Virus record (IMG/VR): IMGVR_UViG_3300025669_000020
Coordinates: 41,614-105,613 of that record
Direction: 5' to 3' (one strand)
Origin: a virus
DNA length: 64,000 nt
Part shown: positions 9,802-18,832 of the stretch, in pieces
Layout of the letters: each line of letters opens with the position of its first letter
How positions within the stretch are numbered: position 1 is the first letter of the stretch
Translations under genes and position numbers: made by a program
The notes under the pieces: model-generated
Told to the model about the DNA's origin: nothing
What the model saw: only the letters and a program-made list of their open reading frames with translations
Databases searched by the model: none

Positions 9802-10092
9802 ATGAGCCTTCGCAAGAACCTCATTCGCCTCGCACACACCAACCCTGAGTTGCGCCCCCAGCTGCTCCCCATTCTGAAGGGCTCCGCCTATGATGGGAAC
9901 GCTGACGGCAAGCCTATCTATGACCACGATATCGATCATGGGTACGGGCAGCCTTTGGCTGGTGGCACCGACGTGATGCGTCGTCTGCAGAACCAGTACC
10001 GGAAGGAGCAGGGTCGCCCCGAGCGCCCTGCAAACCCCGAAATCCCCAAGATGGCTTCCCGTGTTGCTCTGCGGCATCTCGACAGGAAGTAG
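9802..10092 (+). CDS. Small putative internal head protein carrying both shared tags
   Basis: MSLRKNLIRLAHTNPELRPQLLPIL ... SRVALRHL. Confidence 0.65.
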   Translation: MSLRKNLIRLAHTNPELRPQLLPILKGSAYDGNADGKPIYDHDIDHGYGQPLAGGTDVMRRLQNQYRKEQGRPERPANPEIPKMASRVALRHLDRK

Positions 10093-10101
10093 GAGAACAC
10101 C

Positions 10102-10683
10102 ATGTCCAACAACGATGAATTCTGGGACGGTCTGATTATGGCTAGTTCCGATGTGGGGATTGGGGATGTGCACCTCCCCAATCTCAGTGAGACCACCATG
10201 AAGGGGAAGGAGATGGGGAAGGGGTTCTTCGAATCCGTCCAGAGCCTAACTCAGGCGGGAGCCGCTAAGAACGCACTCCAGCTGCCCATCGCAGCTGGTA
10301 GTCGTGTGCGGTTCAAGGCCAACACGGGTTCCCTGTTGACCTACGAGAACCCCCCCGAGCCGAACGCCGAGGGTGATGTGGTGACTGTGCGTTCTGCCTC
10401 TGGCAACATCACTTCCCATGACGGGTTGGTGTTTGTCCAGTGGAAGGACAGGTTCATGCCTATTCACGCGGAGCACCTGGAGAAGGTGGCCAACCAGATG
10501 CGGCAGGGTAGCCCCCACCGTGTCCGCGTCGCCTGTCTCGGGGACCTCCAGGACTTCCTGAAGGTCAGCCAGGACACCCTGGTGCACAAGGCCACCAAGG
10601 ATCTGTGGTCGCTCCGTGCAGACGGAGAAGGCTTCGTTATCGAGCGGCTCTTCGACACGGAAGGGAACGCTCTACAGGTGTGA
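10102..10683 (+). CDS. Hypothetical virion protein
   Basis: AGGAG RBS; SH3-like segment; LVHKATKDLWSL. Confidence 0.6.
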   Translation: MSNNDEFWDGLIMASSDVGIGDVHLPNLSETTMKGKEMGKGFFESVQSLTQAGAAKNALQLPIAAGSRVRFKANTGSLLTYENPPEPNAEGDVVTVRSASGNITSHDGLVFVQWKDRFMPIHAEHLEKVANQMRQGSPHRVRVACLGDLQDFLKVSQDTLVHKATKDLWSLRADGEGFVIERLFDTEGNALQV

Positions 10684-10703
10684 GACACACGGACTGTGCG
10701 CGT

Positions 10704-10734
10704 CATTTATATGGCTATAGGCTGGCCTGGGTAG
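10704..10734 (+). promoter_or_regulatory. Putative phage late promoter motif
   Basis: CTAT-N12-GTAG before 10750; upstream box divergent. Confidence 0.55.
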
Positions 10735-10749
10735 AACAGGGAGTCGCCC

Positions 10750-11361
10750 ATGGTTGAGAAGCCCCTTGCAGCCCGTGTTGCTTCCAGGCACCTGGAAGGA
10801 CACCACAATCCGCAGACGCGGACGGCGGGTGAAGTACGCTTCATCAAGGACCGTGGTTCTGATCACAACGAGTGGGGCTGGGGAACTCCGGGCCCTTCGG
10901 AACGTGAGATCAACCATGAGTTTGTCTTCAACGCCAAGTACCTGAAGCCCCTCGCTCAGTCCCTCCGCGCTGCCCTCATGGCTCTTGGCCACACCACCAG
11001 TGCCCACACCCAGTTCGTGAAGCTCAAGAGCCGCAACGTGTCCCCTGATGGGAACCTGGGTGGCAAGGGCTACATCCAGAAGATTGCTGACATGCGCCGC
11101 CAGTTGATGAACTGCATCGAGGCGTTGTCCTCTTTCACGGATACCGTGTACGATGAGCTGGCTGCCCCTCACTGGGATCCCGCCGAAGATGTGCTCTCTC
11201 CCCGTGATCGTGATGAGGTCAAGGAAATCATCGATGATGCCGAGGAGATCAAGCTGGATCCCAAGGAATGGGCAGAGGATGAAGAGGCGGAGATGGACAG
11301 TGCCAAGGGGAACGGCGTCGGCAAAGTCGCAGCCCTCTACATGGCTCGGAGGAACGCATGA
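10750..11361 (+). CDS. Hypothetical virion protein with RVAxR tags
   Basis: ARVASRHLE at N-terminus, KVAALYM at C-terminus. Confidence 0.65.
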   Translation: MVEKPLAARVASRHLEGHHNPQTRTAGEVRFIKDRGSDHNEWGWGTPGPSEREINHEFVFNAKYLKPLAQSLRAALMALGHTTSAHTQFVKLKSRNVSPDGNLGGKGYIQKIADMRRQLMNCIEALSSFTDTVYDELAAPHWDPAEDVLSPRDRDEVKEIIDDAEEIKLDPKEWAEDEEAEMDSAKGNGVGKVAALYMARRNA

Positions 11362-14138
11362 GCAATGACAAGCACCTCGATGTGCTGGGCGAATCCCATC
11401 TCCCGGATGACATCTGGACCCCTACAGAGGGTGAGAACTATGGGCTCGATGGATACCCTGACATGGACTACGGTTCAGGGGTACTCCACGGGAATCCCAA
11501 CGTCTCCGAGACAGTCCCCCGTATGGACGAGGGTGTTCTTGCAGACATCGTAGACGGTGCTCCTGATGGGCAGGTGTTTGGCCCCTTGGGTGACATCGCG
11601 GATATGATGAAGCAATCCTCTCTCCCAGACCTGACTTGGCTGGAAGTAGATGAGCAGGATGCCACCAGGCTCCCCGTCAATCCCGTTGACCAGAGCATCC
11701 CCGAGCTGGAAGAGGCTTGGGGTGTAGACCGCCGTTCTGATGGTGTCCACCTGATCCCCAATGTGGATCTGGAGAAGGCAGCCTATGAAAAGGCTCTCAA
11801 GGATGGCGATGTACGCCCTGTCCGCACCAGAGCCGCACTCCTGAACATTGTGCGGAAGGCCATGCGACGCTCCGCCGCCGGCGTCCCCTTCGAGGACATC
11901 GAGGCAGAGGTTCAGGAGACCCTGGGAGACGATCTCCCCCTGGTGCAGAAGCACCTCCAGCTCATCCGTGATGGGCATGACCTCTCAGGGCGTGTCTTCA
12001 TCCATGCAGACGCCTACCCGGGTTGTGCCAATGGGGACTGGACAGAGGCAGTCAAGAAGGTGGCTTCGGGCTCCCGCTATGTGGTAGCCGGTTCCTCCTG
12101 TGCCAACTGCGTTCAGAACCTCAGTGGTTCCTGCTCTGTGTTCAAGAAGAAGCTCGTAGCTTCTGTCCCCTGGGACGATGCCTTGGAGCATTACAGTCCT
12201 GAGCTGGAAGCAGCAGGCCGCAAGGTCGCTTCCGGCAACCCCAAGGCAGCCTTGAGGGCAGCCTTCGCCCAGGCCCCCGAGGGCATGGGATTCATCCAGA
12301 GGCACAAGCCTGTACACGTCACCCCCTCCGAGCGTATCTCCGCAGAGGAGGCTCACCGTGAGGTGCAGGCTGCCAAGACTGAGCGCCGGGTCTACACCCC
12401 CGCTGACAAGCAAGAAGCTCGGAAACTCCATGCTGCCCGTATCCGGGTAGCTCGCTGGGTTCAGCAGGGCCTCTTGGACAAGACGGCAGCTACCCGGATC
12501 GTGGCCCAGGCCAACCCCAAGGTCATGCTGGAGCAGGCAGTTTCCCGCATGGTGGCTTCCAACGGTTCCGCTGCGTACTCGGGCCTGGTGAATGACACCC
12601 GTGCTCCTGACATGGCGGGAGACGAGGCGTGGGAGCGTCTTGGTTCCGTGGCACCTCTCCCAGCGGTCAAGCTGTCCCGTGCTCAGGTGCACAAGCAGAT
12701 CGCAAGGTGGGCTCGCACTGGACTCCTGGACAAGGGCTCTGTGCAGAAGCTGGCCCGCTCCCTGGCAGAACCCCGTGATGTCCTGCGGACAGCGGCGATC
12801 CTGGCCTCCGCAACTACCACAGGTGAATACTCGGGTGCGGTCAACAACATGCACGGCACCGAGGTCTCACAGGACCATGCGTGGAAGCTTCTCCGTGAAG
12901 CAGAGGACCATGCAGCCAAGGCAACAGCAGCCATCGTGGCTGAAGTTGAGCGCCGCGAGTTCCAGGCGTCCCGCGCTGGGAAGCACATGGCCCGTGTGCA
13001 GGTGAAGGTGGCGAAGATCGAGGAAGCCATCAACCGTGGTGTGGTGGGAAGAAATCTCCTGAATCTCATTCAGGAGACCATCCGTCCCGACGATCACGAC
13101 ATGGCAATCCCTCTCCTGGATCCCATCCTTCAGCGGACTGGTGCTCTGGAGAAGGAGATCCAGACCGTCCATGACTACTCCGGTGTGGATAACAAGCGGG
13201 CATCCGAGGATGTCACCTCCGCGGATGCCTGGAAGCATTTGTTCACGACTGCCGATGTGGCTCAGCAGAAGGCAGCCAGGATTCAGGAGTCCCGTACCGC
13301 GAGGGTTTCTCTCACCATCGAACGCAAGGTCGTCCAGGTCAAGGAGGCTATCGAGCGTGGTGCAAGAGGGCAGGCCCTCCGTAAGATCATCGCCCGCACC
13401 TTCCTGAAGGATGAGATTCCCCAGGCAGCCACTTTGCTGAACCCTCTCCTTGAGAAGACGGGGGCTCTGTCGGAGTCCTCTACTCAGGAATACCAGGGTG
13501 CCAAGTTCGAGCGGGCTGTGGGTCGTAAGGCCGAAGCTGTCCCACTCCCGAAGGAAGTGCGCGGTGTGCTTCGCTGGGCCCGGCAGAAGATGTCGGAAGG
13601 CAACGTCGGAAACCAGCTGGATGAGCTGTTGTCGATGCGGTTCTCTCCCCGTGTGCTCACAGCCGCGCAGGGAGCCCTCCAGGATGCCCGTGGGCGTCAC
13701 GAAGGGCTCGCAGGCATACTCTATGTGGATGCGTCCGCCTATGCCTCAGAGAGGGGCACAAAGGGTTGTGAGCACGGTGCCGTCAAGCACCGCGCCAATA
13801 CCCTGAAGGCTGTTCTGCAGATGGACAGGTGTGCTTCCTGCTCCCTGCGGAATGTAGGCTCCGATGGCACACCCCGTTGCCAGACCTACAAGAAGGCTCT
13901 GATCTCCGAGCTTACACCAGAGGAAGCCTCGGGTCTCCAGGCGGAGAACATCCGCATGGCCAATGCCCCTGACCAGGAAGTCACAGCCTCTCTGTTCACT
14001 CCCATGGGCAACCTGTTCAACCAGGCGGAGTTCAGCTTGAGCAGCGGTGAGTATGACGACATTTCGGTCGAAGATGCTCCTGACATCAAGAAGCTGGGTG
14101 ACGTGCTCTTTGGTGGTTTGCACCTGTCAGAGGACTGA
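11358..14138 (+). CDS. Large repeat-containing virion/head-core protein (926 aa)
   Basis: Duplicated Cys-rich modules and internal helical repeats. Confidence 0.7.
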   Translation: MSNDKHLDVLGESHLPDDIWTPTEGENYGLDGYPDMDYGSGVLHGNPNVSETVPRMDEGVLADIVDGAPDGQVFGPLGDIADMMKQSSLPDLTWLEVDEQDATRLPVNPVDQSIPELEEAWGVDRRSDGVHLIPNVDLEKAAYEKALKDGDVRPVRTRAALLNIVRKAMRRSAAGVPFEDIEAEVQETLGDDLPLVQKHLQLIRDGHDLSGRVFIHADAYPGCANGDWTEAVKKVASGSRYVVAGSSCANCVQNLSGSCSVFKKKLVASVPWDDALEHYSPELEAAGRKVASGNPKAALRAAFAQAPEGMGFIQRHKPVHVTPSERISAEEAHREVQAAKTERRVYTPADKQEARKLHAARIRVARWVQQGLLDKTAATRIVAQANPKVMLEQAVSRMVASNGSAAYSGLVNDTRAPDMAGDEAWERLGSVAPLPAVKLSRAQVHKQIARWARTGLLDKGSVQKLARSLAEPRDVLRTAAILASATTTGEYSGAVNNMHGTEVSQDHAWKLLREAEDHAAKATAAIVAEVERREFQASRAGKHMARVQVKVAKIEEAINRGVVGRNLLNLIQETIRPDDHDMAIPLLDPILQRTGALEKEIQTVHDYSGVDNKRASEDVTSADAWKHLFTTADVAQQKAARIQESRTARVSLTIERKVVQVKEAIERGARGQALRKIIARTFLKDEIPQAATLLNPLLEKTGALSESSTQEYQGAKFERAVGRKAEAVPLPKEVRGVLRWARQKMSEGNVGNQLDELLSMRFSPRVLTAAQGALQDARGRHEGLAGILYVDASAYASERGTKGCEHGAVKHRANTLKAVLQMDRCASCSLRNVGSDGTPRCQTYKKALISELTPEEASGLQAENIRMANAPDQEVTASLFTPMGNLFNQAEFSLSSGEYDDISVEDAPDIKKLGDVLFGGLHLSED

Positions 14139-14210
14139 GTTCCCCAAGGGCTCCCAGTTTCCTTTCAAACGCCTTGAAATTACGGGTAATTGCAGGTTTG
14201 TAAGGTTTCG

Positions 14211-14241
14211 CGGTAGAATCTCTATCTACAAAGGTAGGTGG
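14211..14241 (+). promoter_or_regulatory. Putative phage late promoter motif
   Basis: CGGT-agaatct-CTAT-N12-GTGG. Confidence 0.6.
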
Positions 14242-14252
14242 AGGCTTCCATC

Positions 14253-15137
14253 ATGGCCAAGCAGATTTCAGCACAGCCCGAGTTCAACATCCTGGTAGCA
14301 AACCTTGAGGGTGGGGGTGATCCCAGCCAGGGTACTACGGGAAACCCCGTAAAGATTCGGACGGGGTTCACACGGCAGCTGTTCCCCGAGCGGGGAGCAG
14401 GCAGCCAGGAGCCTCGTGCTCTGAGTCTCAAGACTCCGGGTTTGGGGACGAAGCAGGGTCTTGTGGAGTACACCACCGCGGGCATCCCCGTTCCCTGCTC
14501 CGCCACGGTCACGGTTTCCAGCTCAGTGTTCACGGACCCCGCGATTCTCTATGTAGGGGACTACACCGTCACCTCCGGTGAGGACTTCGCTGTTGCGGGG
14601 ACTGCATATGTAGGTGAGGACATCACCAACACGCCTCCTAATGGTGCCTTGGTGGTCTTCTCAACAGCGGGGCCCAACCTCATCAACGTCCCCGCCAACC
14701 TTCCCATCACACCAGGTTCCGTAACTATCCGCTGGACTTCAGGTGCGGGCAGGACTCAGCTCGATGATGGTGCAGGTGGGTTCACGGGTGATGGAGTTCC
14801 TGGTAGCTCTACCATTGACTACGTCACAGGAGCAATTACCGTGGACACCACGGGTCTTCCTCCTGCCGGCGGTACATTCATCCTCGTCAACTACACCGCT
14901 CTGACAGCAGGCGACACCGCTCTTTTGTTGGCAGCCGCCATCACCGCTCTTCCCAGTTTCACAGCCACGGCTCTTGCTGCTGTCGTCACTGTGGTGGGCC
15001 CCGCTGGACCCTCCGGGAACAACCTCCTGTTGGAGGGGTACTACACAGGGGTGGTGACCAACTACACATTCAATCCCACCAACGGCTTCTTTGGGTCGGC
15101 GGAGCCCACGATTGGGCCCCCCACCATTCTGACGTAG
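14253..15137 (+). CDS. Virion structural protein
   Basis: ITPGSVTI...DDGAGGF...TIDYVTGAITV beta module typical of tail/baseplate proteins. Confidence 0.6.
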   Translation: MAKQISAQPEFNILVANLEGGGDPSQGTTGNPVKIRTGFTRQLFPERGAGSQEPRALSLKTPGLGTKQGLVEYTTAGIPVPCSATVTVSSSVFTDPAILYVGDYTVTSGEDFAVAGTAYVGEDITNTPPNGALVVFSTAGPNLINVPANLPITPGSVTIRWTSGAGRTQLDDGAGGFTGDGVPGSSTIDYVTGAITVDTTGLPPAGGTFILVNYTALTAGDTALLLAAAITALPSFTATALAAVVTVVGPAGPSGNNLLLEGYYTGVVTNYTFNPTNGFFGSAEPTIGPPTILT

Positions 15138-15145
15138 GAGGTTTC

Positions 15146-15799
15146 ATGCCTACCACTCAGCAGATTCTTGCTACGCTCCCCTCGGACACTACTCGTGTCC
15201 AGGTGCAGAACACTATGGGCAAGACCAAGTACAAGGCCCCTTCCGAGGTGCTGCCTTCTGATACGATCCAGTTCAACAGTGCTGGTGACCCCATTGTGAT
15301 GACTAGCCTCCCTGGTCGCCGCCCGCAGGCTGCCCCGCAGGCTATCAATACTGCCACCGCAGCGGTAGTGCAGCACAAGGAAGACAGCATGAAGAAGGAC
15401 CCCCTTCTTCGGTCTGTCACGGACGACCCACACAGTCTAGAAGTGCTGGACGGCATCATCACGGGCATCTCCGAGGAAGCTGCCTCCTTGCACTTCGAGC
15501 GTCAGGAAGCAGACCGTCGCGGGAATGAAACCAGCAAGATTTCCTTGCGGCGTGTCAATGCCCTGAAGGCAGCAGCCGACGTGTACCTGAAGCGTCGTGA
15601 ACAGCTGTCCTCCGGGGTGGTGGATCTGGATGGGCCCGCTTTCGAGAAGGTCTTCCTGTTCATCATCGAGACCATCCGTAACAGCATGACTGAGTCAGGA
15701 GTGCCCTACGAGCAGGTGGATGCTCTGTTCTCCAAGGTTGCCAAGCAGTTCGATGCAGGGTGGCAGGCGGAGGCCCGAGTCCGCATGGCTCAGAAGTAG
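15146..15799 (+). CDS. Hypothetical; terminase small-subunit candidate
   Basis: Helical, immediately upstream of TerL (positional inference). Confidence 0.45.
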   Translation: MPTTQQILATLPSDTTRVQVQNTMGKTKYKAPSEVLPSDTIQFNSAGDPIVMTSLPGRRPQAAPQAINTATAAVVQHKEDSMKKDPLLRSVTDDPHSLEVLDGIITGISEEAASLHFERQEADRRGNETSKISLRRVNALKAAADVYLKRREQLSSGVVDLDGPAFEKVFLFIIETIRNSMTESGVPYEQVDALFSKVAKQFDAGWQAEARVRMAQK

Positions 15800-15807
15800 G
15801 CTACACC

Positions 15808-18159
15808 ATGGCACTTTCTGATCTGGTTCTAGGCGCAGGGCGCATGAAAACCGGGGAGTCCCGTACTCCCACGGACATCATCACGTTTATCGAGGCCCCT
15901 TGGGGCCTCGATATGAAGCTGTACCCTGTGCAGAGGGTCATCCTCAAAGCCCACTACGGCATGGGTTTGGATGACAACCCTTTGGGGTTCCCTCTTGACG
16001 ATCCGATCCCCGAGGATCACCCGCACTACGACCCCAAGTGGTTTGACATCAATCCCCGTGCGGCACAGAACACCATCGAGATCACGAACCCGTTGACGAT
16101 CCCTGACGGGGCAGACATCACCCTGGTAGACCACACAGGTGCTGCCATCTTTTTCAGGGAGGGTGTCCACTGGTCCCGCCAGGGGTCTGTTGCTGATGTG
16201 ACAGCATCCATCATACAGACGCTGAGGGACAATGTCCCGGACACATTCACGGTAGATGATACGGATTACGGGCGTATCAAGGTGCTAAGCAAGGGGTATA
16301 GCATCGAAGGGAATGCTGCGGATATGCAGCTGACGCCTTGTGCTGGTTGGAGGGTGGGGCTCCCCGCCTTGGAGACGGATCAGGAGGGGTATGAGCAGCA
16401 CCACCACCGCTTCTTTGCGGGTGAGGGCGGCTTCTACAAGTACCGCATCCCCATCTCTGACTGGCGTCGTGAGAACGCTCGTGTGTACACGGAGGCAGGG
16501 TATCTCAAGTACCTGCATAGTGAGAATCGCTGCAACGTAGCAGAGATCATCCCGGGGCAGGAACGTCGTGAGATGGTTCTTTCCATTGGGCGTCGTTCTG
16601 GCAAGACGCTCCTGACTTCCTGCATCCTGGCCTATGAGACATACAAGCTGTTGCTCAAGGGCAACCCGCAGAAGCATTACGGCTCCAGCCAGTCCAACGT
16701 CATCCAGCTCATCAGTGTTGCTACTGACAAGGATCAGGCAGGGCTTCTCTACCAGGAGGCCGCCGGACATTTTGGAAAATGCGATTTCTTTGCAGCCTAT
16801 ATGGCGAACGCCACCCAGAGCTTCGCTACGTTCCAGACCCCTTTCGACATTGAACGCTACGGCTCCTACGCGGAGAACCAGAAGGCCCGCTACTCGGTCA
16901 AGGTCACCTTCAAGAGCTGTGTGGCCAAGGGGCTTCGCGGTGGTGCCAACATCCTGGTTGCCTTGGATGAGGTTGCTCACTTCACAGACAAGGGTCAGTC
17001 CTCCGCAGAATCTGTCTACCAGGCAGTAGAGCCCTCTACCCGAACCTTCTCTCCGAAGGACCCCAACAACGCCACCCGTTCCGTGGGCCAGAACGAGGGT
17101 CGGATCATCATGATCTCGTCCCCTCTGGGCAAGCAGGGGCTCTTCTACAAGAGCTACCAGATCGGCTACACCAGTGGTCGTGCTGCCAAGAACATGCTCT
17201 GTATCCAGGCACCAACATGGGAGGTCAACCCCACGGTGCCCGCAGGGACGTTTGAGTCTTCCTACCTCAAGGATGCCCGTGTGTTCGACACGGAGTTCGG
17301 GGCGAAGTTCACGGACAGGTCTTCAGGCTGGATCGAGGACAAGAGAGATCTCCTTGACTGTGTGACCCCATCGCTGAGACCCAAGCAGAAGGCCCGTCCT
17401 CGTGAGCCTCACTTCCTGGGACTCGATGTGGGTCTTGTAGGGGATGGTTCCGCTGTGGCTATCGGGCATGTGGATGATAATAAGAATGTCGTCCTGGATT
17501 TCATTGAACAGATCAAGGCTGGGGAAGGGCGGTTCGAGCACTTGGAGCGGTTGGAGTTCACGGATGTTGCGGACTGGGTTTATGACCTCTCCCGGAGGTT
17601 CTACATCTCGGAGGGGATCTTTGACCAGTGGGCAGGTATTCCCATGGAGCAGGCACTGGCTGCCCGCGGTCTCAAGCAGCTGAAGTCTGTGTTTTTCACG
17701 AAGCCCAAGAGCAGTGAGATATTCCAGAACTTCAAGAACATGATGTACGACAAACGGCTTTCACTGTTCAACTACCCTCTCAAAGAGGGGGAGGAACATT
17801 GTGACTACCTCAAGGAACTGCTGACCCTCCAGGCTGAATACCAGTCCAAGTACATCACGGTGGTGGCTGCTCCCAACACTCAAGGCATGCACGATGATAT
17901 GTCCGATGCCCTTGTTCGTATGGTGTGGGTTGGTTCCCAGCACATGGGCAAGATGTTGGCGGTTGGCAATTACATCGGTGGGCAAATGGGTGGGAAGGGT
18001 CCGAGGCGTAGTTCACTCACGGATCGGATGGCCACCCGGCAGAAAGCTCTTTTGGGTGGGAGCCATCCAGATCGTCAGGTGCGTCGTAGCAAGAAAAACA
18101 TCATGGGCATGCCCGTGGGTGCGACACGGGGTGTGAACCCCAGAACACGTCGGGGATAA
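15808..18159 (+). CDS. terL: Terminase large subunit
   Basis: LYPVQ Q-motif, GRRSGKT Walker A, VALDEVAHF Walker B, ISSP, nuclease LGLDVG ... HDDMSDA. Confidence 0.9.
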   Translation: MALSDLVLGAGRMKTGESRTPTDIITFIEAPWGLDMKLYPVQRVILKAHYGMGLDDNPLGFPLDDPIPEDHPHYDPKWFDINPRAAQNTIEITNPLTIPDGADITLVDHTGAAIFFREGVHWSRQGSVADVTASIIQTLRDNVPDTFTVDDTDYGRIKVLSKGYSIEGNAADMQLTPCAGWRVGLPALETDQEGYEQHHHRFFAGEGGFYKYRIPISDWRRENARVYTEAGYLKYLHSENRCNVAEIIPGQERREMVLSIGRRSGKTLLTSCILAYETYKLLLKGNPQKHYGSSQSNVIQLISVATDKDQAGLLYQEAAGHFGKCDFFAAYMANATQSFATFQTPFDIERYGSYAENQKARYSVKVTFKSCVAKGLRGGANILVALDEVAHFTDKGQSSAESVYQAVEPSTRTFSPKDPNNATRSVGQNEGRIIMISSPLGKQGLFYKSYQIGYTSGRAAKNMLCIQAPTWEVNPTVPAGTFESSYLKDARVFDTEFGAKFTDRSSGWIEDKRDLLDCVTPSLRPKQKARPREPHFLGLDVGLVGDGSAVAIGHVDDNKNVVLDFIEQIKAGEGRFEHLERLEFTDVADWVYDLSRRFYISEGIFDQWAGIPMEQALAARGLKQLKSVFFTKPKSSEIFQNFKNMMYDKRLSLFNYPLKEGEEHCDYLKELLTLQAEYQSKYITVVAAPNTQGMHDDMSDALVRMVWVGSQHMGKMLAVGNYIGGQMGGKGPRRSSLTDRMATRQKALLGGSHPDRQVRRSKKNIMGMPVGATRGVNPRTRRG

Positions 18160-18165
18160 TAGACA

Positions 18166-18411
18166 ATGCGGCAGTCACCCACCTCTCCAGTCAACGCACA
18201 TCATCGGATGATGCTCTCTCTGCTCAAGGGCACAGTTTTCGCGCCTACCCCGGAGGAGTTGGAGAAGGTTTCCAGGGTGTTTGTGCGTGCTGGGGGCTCC
18301 TGGGAGCATTTGTTCAAGGGTGCTGTGAAGGACACGACACTCCTACGTAAGGTTTTGAAGATTGCCCGTAAGAAGGGTCTCCTAAGCAAAACGTCCAATT
18401 GGGCTGAGTGA
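18166..18411 (+). CDS. Hypothetical protein
   Basis: ORF between TerL and portal. Confidence 0.5.
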   Translation: MRQSPTSPVNAHHRMMLSLLKGTVFAPTPEELEKVSRVFVRAGGSWEHLFKGAVKDTTLLRKVLKIARKKGLLSKTSNWAE

Positions 18412-18448
18412 TGGGTATGGTCTTGGATACGTCTGAGAGGTTTCATAC

Positions 18449-18832
18449 ATGGCACGACTTCGCAAAGGCTCCTTGGCATCTCCCGCTGATAGGGAGATTC
18501 TGGGCCATGTGGCAGCAGCGGAGAGGGCCCTTCGCAAGGCTTTGGATGCTTGTGTCCTAGCTAAGAGGCAATCTCGGTCCCCAGGCAGCAATCTCCGTAT
18601 GGCCCGCGTGATCAGAACACAGCGGGATCTACATCGGGTGATGGCGGCTCTGTCAAATGTGCATCGCATCGTACCCCTTCATGACATGGGCGAGCAGGAT
18701 CCGGGTGAGCTGGATCGTGATCTCATGTCCCCAGAAGAGCGTGCAGCCTTTGATGCTGTGGAAGACCAGCGAGAGGACTTGTTGGCAGCAGTAGCAGAGA
18801 AGTTGACGGCAGCCTGGGAGAGTGCTGAATGA
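18449..18832 (+). CDS. Hypothetical protein
   Basis: ATGA overlap with portal. Confidence 0.5.
   Translation: MARLRKGSLASPADREILGHVAAAERALRKALDACVLAKRQSRSPGSNLRMARVIRTQRDLHRVMAALSNVHRIVPLHDMGEQDPGELDRDLMSPEERAAFDAVEDQREDLLAAVAEKLTAAWESAE

Noticed and set aside
15970-16440. Intein in terminase
   Set aside because: No C/S start with HN end and no splicing blocks in the insert
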